DNA of 64,000 nt from positions 34,608-98,607 of the forward strand of contig DIXF01000012.1 of assembly GCA_002448235.1 (NCBI GenBank), read 5' to 3'. Every line of letters starts with the position of its first letter. Position 1 is the stretch's first letter. Under the pieces are notes generated by a model. That model was given only the letters and a program-made list of their open reading frames with translations. It searched no databases and had not been told where the DNA came from. Shown one piece after another: positions 56,769 through 64,000 of this stretch. Made by a program: the position numbers and the translations under genes. Source of the stretch: Syntrophaceae bacterium UBA6087 (lineage in GTDB: Bacteria; Desulfobacterota; Desulfomonilia; UBA1062).

Positions 56769-57910
56769 GAGCCCCAGAAGGTTTTGTCACCGTCTCCGAA
56801 GGTGAAAAACCAGTTTTTGCCCTTTTCGATCCCTTGATAATGATGACCTGCTTCGGAATGGAAATATTTCAGGGCATGGGGATTGTCTCTCGCCTTTAGG
56901 AAGAGCCTCTTCTTGAGAGCTCCGGCAAACGAGGAAGACGAACAGAGAATTTCTATGGTGTCCGGCTTTGATTCTTCCATGTCCGCGATAGCCTTCTGAA
57001 GCAGTGTCCCGAAAACGTCGAGGTCGTCGGGAGAACAGAGGAAATCAAAGATCGTCGCCAGCGTTTTTTTGTTTTCCGCCTGCCTTGTCCTGAAGATCAT
57101 GTATCCGGTCACCTCATCGCCTTCGAGGAGGATAAGCTTACGATACTCACGGGATGCGTCGTTGGAGTATTTCCAGTTCAGCACCTCGCTCGTACGGAAC
57201 GCGACGAACGGGAACCTGTCCCTGACCGAGTGGAACAAGACGTCGATCCGATCATCGAAGCTGTCGACATAGTGCACCGTGTGCTTCCGTCCGCATGTGC
57301 TTTCCCTAAACGTCTTCGCTAAAAGCCGCCGCATGGCTCGTTCGCAGGCATACACCGTCGAGATCAGCCGGTTGATCCACTGTGCCGCGATGTCGTTCAG
57401 CCATGCATACCGGGTTTTGAAAAAACTGTTGACCGTGTATATCCTTGCATAGGTGTATATCCCTTCCACAGGCTTCCACCCGCATTTAGAGAAGACACGG
57501 CCGTTCGGCGCGTTCATCCAGACCGCGATGGAAAACCCGGGATGACGCTCCATGGCAGACCTGACCAATACCGTCCCGAGCCCCTGGCCCCGTCTTTCTT
57601 GCGAGACCATGGTGTCATGATAGATACAGCCGTTCACCGCCTGTCCGGACATGCTGAACCTGAACGGCATCACCCCTTCGTAAGCGATGAGGCTGCCCCC
57701 CTCTTCCAGAACCAGGTAATCGTCATGGGAGCTGCTGAACGGATTGTACCTTATCAGCCGTTGAAAGCTCAGGGCAGAGCGGTCGGACGAACGTCCCTCT
57801 TCCTGTTCCTCACCCCATAACTCCTGAAAACGTCCGAGGTCCGCATCGGAGTATTTCCTTATGCGGAAATTTGCGCGTGAAGGTACGGCTTCGATTATCG
57901 GATATTCCAT
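56765..57910 (-). CDS. GNAT-family N-acetyltransferase with C-terminal extension
   Basis: MVSQERRGQGLGTVLV motif. Collinear with 28248-29357. Confidence 0.7.
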   Translation of the reverse strand: MEYPIIEAVPSRANFRIRKYSDADLGRFQELWGEEQEEGRSSDRSALSFQRLIRYNPFSSSHDDYLVLEEGGSLIAYEGVMPFRFSMSGQAVNGCIYHDTMVSQERRGQGLGTVLVRSAMERHPGFSIAVWMNAPNGRVFSKCGWKPVEGIYTYARIYTVNSFFKTRYAWLNDIAAQWINRLISTVYACERAMRRLLAKTFRESTCGRKHTVHYVDSFDDRIDVLFHSVRDRFPFVAFRTSEVLNWKYSNDASREYRKLILLEGDEVTGYMIFRTRQAENKKTLATIFDFLCSPDDLDVFGTLLQKAIADMEESKPDTIEILCSSSSFAGALKKRLFLKARDNPHALKYFHSEAGHHYQGIEKGKNWFFTFGDGDKTFWGS

Positions 57911-57950
57911 GCTGACGGCTTATGCGGGTTTGCCGGTAAACGCCCGTCTT

Positions 57951-59135
57951 TCACGAGAGAGGCCCTTTGTCTTCACCGGGTTGATCCGGCCTTTTGCTAT
58001 GCTTCCTGCCGAGCAGATGCTCCCCGAAACTCGAGAGGGTACGTTTTATCCAGATCATGTGGTGGATATTGGCAAGAAACTTATAATAGTTCATGTTTCC
58101 CTCTATGCCGTATCGACGAAACGACAGCGGGCTCGTATCGGCATAGTTCGGCCCCCTCATCATCGAGAAAGCCCTCTTAATGCCGTTTTTGGCGAGGATG
58201 CTCTGCGTCTGTTCTTCAAAATCCCCCTGCTCTCCGTTCGGATAGCTGAATACCCCGCAATCCCTGCCCGTGATTCCCTTGATGTGATCGATGGACGTCC
58301 TGATCTCGAATTCTTTCTCTCTGTCCTTAAGCAGGCTCAATATGGAATGCGTATGGGTATGCGCGCCGAACTCGATGAGCCCGCTTTTTTGCATGGTCTT
58401 CATGTCCCTGCTGTTTAAAATGCGGTACGGGCTTTTCTTGGAGACCTTTATCGAATGCCTGTATCCCAGAAGCGTTGTTATCTTATCAACTTCCTGAACC
58501 AGCACGGTATGGGGCATTTTTTTCAAGAGATTCTTGATGTTCATGCAGGCTTCCGTCCGCTCTCTCATGCTTCTTAAGTCGTACTTCCGGTGCATCCATA
58601 TGATGCTCTTCTTTTTCGACTCGGCAAACGCCTTGTTCAGGGTGCAGTACCAGATGGTATAGTCAGTGTCCACGAATCCGGTTACCGGGAAAATGGTTGC
58701 CGGAAGGCGGAGTTCCTTGAGCATGGGGAAAACGACATCGTAGTTGTTCTGAAACCCGTCGTCGAAGGTCAACGAGAGTATCGGCTGCTTCATTCGTTTC
58801 TTACTGGTGATGATGTCAACAGCATCCGAGAGGTGTACCGCAAGGAAATTCTTCTTGATATACGATAACTGCCTGAAGAGCGAATCCCTGTTTACAAAAC
58901 ACCTGTCGTTGATCGGCAAGGGTTCCTCAGTCACACCATGATAGGTAACTACCGTATAAGCGTTTCTGAAGAGTGTCTTACTGAGGAGTTGCGGTATCCC
59001 CCGCTGAGCAAGCTTTTTTATTATTATCTCGACTGTTGAATCATAGAGATTCGAGTGTGCTTTTTGTATTTTTATCAAAATGGATGATGGTGCTTTCCCG
59101 GCCGGATAAGGGTTCAGCATTGCCGTCTCCGGCAT
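57951..59135 (-). CDS. polysaccharide deacetylase family protein
   Basis: LTFDDGFQNNYDVVFPMLKELRLPATIFPVTG NodB motif. The 5' end overlaps the CapA-like gene by about 80-95 nt. Confidence 0.8.
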   Translation of the reverse strand: MPETAMLNPYPAGKAPSSILIKIQKAHSNLYDSTVEIIIKKLAQRGIPQLLSKTLFRNAYTVVTYHGVTEEPLPINDRCFVNRDSLFRQLSYIKKNFLAVHLSDAVDIITSKKRMKQPILSLTFDDGFQNNYDVVFPMLKELRLPATIFPVTGFVDTDYTIWYCTLNKAFAESKKKSIIWMHRKYDLRSMRERTEACMNIKNLLKKMPHTVLVQEVDKITTLLGYRHSIKVSKKSPYRILNSRDMKTMQKSGLIEFGAHTHTHSILSLLKDREKEFEIRTSIDHIKGITGRDCGVFSYPNGEQGDFEEQTQSILAKNGIKRAFSMMRGPNYADTSPLSFRRYGIEGNMNYYKFLANIHHMIWIKRTLSSFGEHLLGRKHSKRPDQPGEDKGPLS

Positions 59136-60273
59136 GAGCGGAGAATGGTTTTTTTGTTCCGGCTTCCAGATGCCTTCCTGCCAGTCTTACCGGGTACAGG
59201 AAAAGCTTGTGGACGTTCTTCGCCCTTCTGGCCTGAGTGAGGAAACGCATCCATCCGGTGTTGGCGGCATCGTAGAGCGTCCAGAAATCATTGTATCTTT
59301 TCAGGCGTATGGGTTCGGAGAGCATCTTAATTCGAAAATGGAAAGAAAACGGGTCGTCCTGGGGAGCTATGCGGAGATCGTTTCTCAACCTGCACGGGAT
59401 GATCCGTACGCTGCGGATGCCCGACCTCGAGACTTGAGCCGAGAATAACGCGCTCTGTCTCCTTGTGCGGTTCAGCTTCATGTGTGAATGCCTCACCTCC
59501 CCCTGTTCGCTGACCCATCTCCAATCGAGGTCGGAGAAGAGAAAGTTGCCGAGACTGTAGGCGATATAGCCGTGCTTATACTTCTCCACGCCCTGCAGGA
59601 CATGGGAGTGGTGCCCGATCACCAGGTGTGCGCCCATATCGACGATCCGATGGGCGTTGCCGATCTGCTGCGGCGTGGGATAAGCCCAGTCTTCGATGCC
59701 CCAGTGAACGGAGACGACGATGATGTCCGCGCTTGTTTTCAGGGATGCGATGTCCTGCTCGATATGGTCGAGATTCATAGGAGCGATGCCCCTGGTCTCG
59801 TCCGATGCATAAAACGGCGAATCGATGGTGACCTCGCAGCAGGAAATCATTCCGACGGTAACGCCGCCCTTCTCCATGAGGACCGGCCTGCGTGCTTCGG
59901 TTAAATCTTTGCCCGCTCCGCACCACAAGATTCCCTGAGCATCGAGCAGCGCCAAGGTGTCGTAGAATGCAGGGTCACGGTAATCGAGAATATGGTTGTT
60001 GCCGAGGGTGAGTGCGGTAAAGCCCGCCTCTTTGATCCCGGCAGCGTAGCCCGGATGGGTTTTGAGGCTCAGTTTCATGGGATAGGGCTCTCCGCCGAGG
60101 CATAAAGGCGCCTCCAGGTTGCCGACAAGCAGGTCATGCCGTGAAAATACGTCCTTCATGAGCTCAAAGGGATACCGGGGTCCTTTTGCACCGTGAAGGA
60201 CATCATAGTCATGCGTGAGGGCAATATCGCCCACGAAACCGATTTGTACGGATGTTTCAATCATCTTTTCCAT
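59041..60273 (-). CDS. CapA-family (PGA_cap, metallophosphatase-fold) protein
   Basis: FVGDIALTHDY, GNNHILDY, VSVHWGIE and IGHHSHVLQG motifs in the order seen in CapA/PGA_cap proteins. Confidence 0.78.
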   Translation of the reverse strand: MEKMIETSVQIGFVGDIALTHDYDVLHGAKGPRYPFELMKDVFSRHDLLVGNLEAPLCLGGEPYPMKLSLKTHPGYAAGIKEAGFTALTLGNNHILDYRDPAFYDTLALLDAQGILWCGAGKDLTEARRPVLMEKGGVTVGMISCCEVTIDSPFYASDETRGIAPMNLDHIEQDIASLKTSADIIVVSVHWGIEDWAYPTPQQIGNAHRIVDMGAHLVIGHHSHVLQGVEKYKHGYIAYSLGNFLFSDLDWRWVSEQGEVRHSHMKLNRTRRQSALFSAQVSRSGIRSVRIIPCRLRNDLRIAPQDDPFSFHFRIKMLSEPIRLKRYNDFWTLYDAANTGWMRFLTQARRAKNVHKLFLYPVRLAGRHLEAGTKKPFSAHAGDGNAEPLSGRESTIIHFDKNTKSTLESL

Positions 60274-61633
60274 GAATAGGGATCATCCTTTTTGCAAAGT
60301 GATATTTACCGGATGGTTCTTTTGGTATCTTGTCAACGAAATCATAGGTGATCCTCATTCGATCACCGAATATTTTTGCAACGATCTTTTTCTGGTGGTC
60401 CATAACCTCCTTCGCCGGCAGGGGATCCCTCGTCATCCTGAAGGTGAGATGGTCGACGGCATCCTGGAGGATCTGCATCTGCCCGATAAGGCCCGGGGCT
60501 CCGTTGACCAGATACATTACCAGCGCAATGGTGGAGACCAGCTTTCCGTCCGGAGTGACGAAAACATCGAGGGCGCGGCCCATCACCTTGTCGATCATGG
60601 GAAGCCCGCGGCCGCATGGGCACGATCTGTCGCTCATCACCGCCATATCGCTCATGTTGTACCGTATGAACGGCATGCCGTAGTTGAGGAGATCCGTAAC
60701 GATTACCTCCCCCATGGATTCGGACGACCCCGTTATCTGCTTTTTGTTATGGAGCTCGATATGGAGGTGCTCTGCATTGATATGCATGCCGTTATGGAAT
60801 TCGCATTCCTGCGCCATGGGGCCCACCTCCCGGGAGCGGTACGAATCGAAGACCTTACAGCCGAAAGCGCGCGAGACAAGGTCTCTCTGGTGGTCATAGA
60901 GCGGCTCTCCGGTGGAGATTATCCCCTTGAGGCCGATACCCGCCAAGCCACTTTTCTCCACGTACCTGGCAAGCTCATGGATAGGCGAGCTGAAAGCCAG
61001 GATCATCGTAGGCTTCTTCCTCATCAGCTTCCTCATATAATCTTCGCACATCCTGTCATCGATCAGCGCTGCCGGGAATATGACCAGCCTTTTGTAGAAT
61101 TCATTCTTGATCCTTGCTTTCAACCTATGGGAACTCATGAAATCCTGATGGGCCGGCCAGACCAGCCCCATGTATTCGCCGATGCCCCAGCCGGTCCATT
61201 TACCGAATCGATTGATGGCTGCTTCCTTTTTGGCCAGACAGGCGTTATCGCGGTAGAACCTCATCTTTACCCCTGAGGTGCCGCCTGTTTCGGAAATATG
61301 GATCTGATCTTTCCGGAAGTTCCGTGCAACCAGTGCGGGGAGATTTTCGCGTATCTGGTCTTTTGTGAGGATGGGCAATGCAGCGAGCTCATCGGTATGC
61401 CTGAAGGTATACGGGTTGAACCCCGACTCATCGAATCTCTTCTTATAAAAATCGGTGTTCTCGTACGCATGGATCAGCAGGAACTTGAGCCGCGCCTTCT
61501 GAATGTTATGGATCCGCTCGGGGGGCCAGAACTGGCTTTCGTCAAGCTCTTTCATGTCGTGCATGATGCCGCGAAGCCCATCGCGATAGGCCAGAACCGG
61601 AAACGATATATTCTTTATGACTGTTTTCAACAT
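60257..61633 (-). CDS. phenylacetate-CoA-ligase-family (CapK-like) adenylate-forming enzyme, second copy
   Basis: SETGGTSGVKM P-loop, YKKRFDESGFNP and a C-terminal SGKYHF. Paralog of 54771-56117. Confidence 0.8.
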   Translation of the reverse strand: MLKTVIKNISFPVLAYRDGLRGIMHDMKELDESQFWPPERIHNIQKARLKFLLIHAYENTDFYKKRFDESGFNPYTFRHTDELAALPILTKDQIRENLPALVARNFRKDQIHISETGGTSGVKMRFYRDNACLAKKEAAINRFGKWTGWGIGEYMGLVWPAHQDFMSSHRLKARIKNEFYKRLVIFPAALIDDRMCEDYMRKLMRKKPTMILAFSSPIHELARYVEKSGLAGIGLKGIISTGEPLYDHQRDLVSRAFGCKVFDSYRSREVGPMAQECEFHNGMHINAEHLHIELHNKKQITGSSESMGEVIVTDLLNYGMPFIRYNMSDMAVMSDRSCPCGRGLPMIDKVMGRALDVFVTPDGKLVSTIALVMYLVNGAPGLIGQMQILQDAVDHLTFRMTRDPLPAKEVMDHQKKIVAKIFGDRMRITYDFVDKIPKEPSGKYHFAKRMIPIHGKDD

Positions 61634-61643
61634 GACGTATCCT

Positions 61644-62939
61644 TTATGCGCCGACGGGAACCGGGATGAGCTCTTCCCTTTCCCGCACGATGATATTCTG
61701 AATGCACACGGTCAGGGCAGCGACCATGAACCAGAACCATATGAAGTATCCATGGGAGAAATTCCCTATGAAGAGTCTCAAGACAAGCATCAGCTGGATT
61801 GCATTGATGATGTTGAGGTAGAACGTACCGTTCTCTTTGTACTCGTAGAGGCTGGTCTTGATTTCTTTTGTCTTCCGGAATACGGCCCATATCCAGTAAA
61901 ACCACGCCAGGCTCGCTATTCCCAGCTCTCCCAGCACCTCTCCGTACATATTGTGCGCGTAGAACCGATAATTGAAAAATCTTCCCCTGGCTTCCGCATA
62001 GCATCCGACCCCCACTCCTATGATCGGTCTTTTGATCATCATGGAGATCCCGTTCACGAAGCCCAGGTATCTGTCGGAGCTCGATCTGCTTGCATGAACA
62101 CCCTCCTTGATCGTCGACATGTGAGAGAGATAATCCGTTGCCGCTACGGAGAAGAAGACGACGAAGACGAAACCTGCAATGATGAGAGCCCGCGCCCTGT
62201 TTCGCGCAAAGTACACCATTCCCAGAAACACGATCATGAGGCCCAGGAACCCTCCTCTGGATTTGGAGGCGTAGACGCCGAAGACGATAAGGGCGAGCAC
62301 TGCCAGAGAGAGAAGTTTCGGGAATCTCTTCCTGCCCGCCAGGGCAAAGAAAATGATGAACGGGATCGCCTGGTTCAGCGAGTTCGCCAGCGCCACGTGC
62401 CCTGCAGCTGCCCCGTATCTGCCGTATGCGACGGAGCCGTATCCGTGCTCGGAGGCGATTCCCGACAGGTAATTCGCGACCGGTTCGTACGCGATCCATG
62501 CCGTGACAAGAATAAACGCCCACAAGAACTTCGAAAGGTCTGCCGTGGTGAGCACCGTTGAAACGATCATGAGATAGAACAATGCATACTTCAGTATGAA
62601 ATAGCCGCCGAAATCCCACGACGTTGCGGGATCGACGGAGAAAGCTATGGAGAGCATCCCCACGGTCATAAAGCTCCAGAAGGCGCCGTTTATGGGGCTG
62701 ATGCGGGGGAATATATTGCCCAAACCCTTAAACGAGATAAAAATCCTCAGGAGCACGATTATGGCGACCACCAACTCGAACCGCATGGCGCCGAGCGCCG
62801 GATACATGTCGCCGAGCTTTGCGTTCAGGACAATGAAGTACGACATCACCCCGTACACCGGGTTTTTCAGCGACATTATCAGGAGCAGAATACTTGCGGT
62901 CGGGAGGATAATCTGAATGGATTCCGCTGGAGGCAGCAT
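61644..62939 (-). CDS. O-antigen ligase/polymerase (Wzy-like) family membrane protein
   Basis: Polytopic, 431 aa, with SKSRGGFLGLMIVFLGM in the characteristic loop region. Confidence 0.72.
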   Translation of the reverse strand: MLPPAESIQIILPTASILLLIMSLKNPVYGVMSYFIVLNAKLGDMYPALGAMRFELVVAIIVLLRIFISFKGLGNIFPRISPINGAFWSFMTVGMLSIAFSVDPATSWDFGGYFILKYALFYLMIVSTVLTTADLSKFLWAFILVTAWIAYEPVANYLSGIASEHGYGSVAYGRYGAAAGHVALANSLNQAIPFIIFFALAGRKRFPKLLSLAVLALIVFGVYASKSRGGFLGLMIVFLGMVYFARNRARALIIAGFVFVVFFSVAATDYLSHMSTIKEGVHASRSSSDRYLGFVNGISMMIKRPIIGVGVGCYAEARGRFFNYRFYAHNMYGEVLGELGIASLAWFYWIWAVFRKTKEIKTSLYEYKENGTFYLNIINAIQLMLVLRLFIGNFSHGYFIWFWFMVAALTVCIQNIIVREREELIPVPVGA

Positions 62940-62970
62940 TCTCTTTAATTTTCTCCTTTGGCCGGTGCGG

Positions 62971-64000
62971 CTACCAAAGTTTCAGCACGCCGATATCCGG
63001 CTTCATGAACGCACTGATCATTGTCTTTTCCTCGCTGGTGTAGAACTTCATGAAATAGAGCATCAGGGGAAAGGAGCTGATGATCAGCAGCTTGACGAAA
63101 ATGTCCGCATACAGTGAATCGAGGGAGACCTGACGGGAGAAGGCATAGATCAGGGTAGCGGCTGCCAGGATCTTTCCCATACGCAGAAATTCGAAGTCTA
63201 TCTTGAAGAACCTGTTGCTGAAATAATACGTGAGCAGGCTTAAATAGGTGTAGGAGATGAGCGTTGCAAACGCTGCCCCGTATATCCCGTACCGGGGGAT
63301 GAGCAGAAAATTCAGGCTCAGATTCAAAGCGGCGTTCGAGGCATTGATGTATGCAAAGTATTTGGTTTTTTTCTCAATGATGATCCCCATGTTGAAGTGA
63401 TAGTTGAACGTGAAAATGACGTTTGCGAGCACGATGATCGGCACGACCCTGTACGCCGGCCAGAATTCCTTTTCCGCCATGATCATGAGCACGTCCCTGG
63501 TGAGCACCGCGACGCCCAGGGCCATAAAGGATATGAGCACGAGGAAATACGTGAATATCTTCCCGAACACCTCTTCCGAGTTCTCCTGGTCGTAGACCTC
63601 GAGCCTCCTGGGCTGCCATACCTGGTTGAAGGGTTCGGAAACGAAGGTGCCGGGAAGGCCGCCGAAACGGTATCCCAGCGCGTACAGCCCTGCGTCCGCT
63701 ATGGAACAATAGGATTTGATGAAAAACCTGTCCGAGACATGTACGATGAACGAGCCGAGCTGAGACGGGACCATGGGGATACCGAACTTGAGCATCTCTT
63801 TTACGATCACGGGAGAGAATCGCAGCCCGGCCCTGAACAGTTGGGGAACGTTGAGAATGAAAAAAACCACGATCGAGGTGATCAGTGTGCTGATGAGAAT
63901 CCCGAGTACGCCCATGTCCATGAATATGATGAAGTAGATGTTCAAGCCGATGGCCAGAAAAAGTCTGAAAAAGGAAAGAACGACATACTGCAGCGATTTC
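62971..64000 (-). CDS. Wzx-type flippase, C-terminal part (gene continues beyond the window end)
   Basis: My manual check shows the reading frame stays open from 63945 to 64000. The product is polytopic and resembles the C-terminal two-thirds of MOP flippases. Confidence 0.7.
   Translation of the reverse strand, partial: KSLQYVVLSFFRLFLAIGLNIYFIIFMDMGVLGILISTLITSIVVFFILNVPQLFRAGLRFSPVIVKEMLKFGIPMVPSQLGSFIVHVSDRFFIKSYCSIADAGLYALGYRFGGLPGTFVSEPFNQVWQPRRLEVYDQENSEEVFGKIFTYFLVLISFMALGVAVLTRDVLMIMAEKEFWPAYRVVPIIVLANVIFTFNYHFNMGIIIEKKTKYFAYINASNAALNLSLNFLLIPRYGIYGAAFATLISYTYLSLLTYYFSNRFFKIDFEFLRMGKILAAATLIYAFSRQVSLDSLYADIFVKLLIISSFPLMLYFMKFYTSEEKTMISAFMKPDIGVLKLW

Noticed and set aside
59041-60273. 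CapA homolog as evidence for poly-gamma-glutamate capsule synthesis
   Set aside because: No CapB (amide ligase) or CapC partner is present in the window, and the context is a Wzx/Wzy polysaccharide cluster. I treat it as a CapA-family accessory enzyme only.
60215-62619. Several 300-350-aa ORFs (60215-61276 +, 61617-62561 +, 61627-62619 -) overlapping the CapK-like and Wzy-like genes
   Set aside because: They are alternative-frame or antisense products rich in Arg/His/Pro/Gly with no domain signatures. The annotated frames contain P-loop/ligase motifs or consistent TM helices.

Overview
This 64-kb chromosomal window comes from a Gram-negative-type bacterium, judged from an AsmA-family protein, an LPS-kinase-family gene, exosortase/PEP-CTERM genes and sigma-54 promoters. 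The exact taxon cannot be determined from sequence alone.

Bases 1-20.1 kb are GC-rich housekeeping DNA. In order they carry a carD-like regulator, a PIN/TRAM protein, ispD, ispF, cysS, uvrB, an LPS-kinase-family gene, a PlsC-type acyltransferase, tRNA-Phe(GAA), an AsmA-family protein, an Fe-alcohol dehydrogenase and slyX. These are followed by an ADP-forming acyl-CoA-synthetase-like protein, a decayed ugd fragment, a coiled-coil protein, a small-protein/nucleotidyltransferase-fold pair, a hotdog-fold protein, an EamA transporter and an intact ugd.

From 20.1 kb to the window end almost every gene is on the minus strand. Together they form a surface-polysaccharide super-locus built from three compositional layers:
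(i) A strongly AT-rich Wzx/Wzy-type cluster (20.2-36.8 kb). It begins exactly at a solo IS3-family end and is split by a nest of decayed IS3/IS256 elements (23.27-24.63 kb).
(ii) An intermediate-GC exosortase core (36.8-44.7 kb): GT2, EpsI, exosortase, DegT aminotransferase, PEP-CTERM-type FemAB protein, a lipoprotein, a VanZ-fusion protein and one PEP-CTERM protein.
(iii) A GC-rich second Wzx/Wzy-type cluster (47.5-64 kb, running off the window). It has two CapK-like adenylate-forming ligases, a CapA-like protein, GNATs, a deacetylase, GT4s, an Asn-synthase-like protein lacking the Cys nucleophile, and a Gfo/Idh/MocA-SDR fusion.
The two Wzx/Wzy clusters carry paralogous gene sets.

The best candidate for something new involves four exported-protein genes: three members of one uncharacterised jelly-roll-like family plus the PEP-CTERM protein. 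Each sits behind a near-identical sigma-54 -24/-12 promoter (TGGYAT-N5-TTGCT) with a GGAGG-type RBS. The three GC-rich copies are individually terminated. This suggests a dedicated sigma-54 regulon of exported proteins coupled to exosortase-linked polysaccharide production.

I saw no CRISPR array, rRNA, prophage or recognisable defence system.
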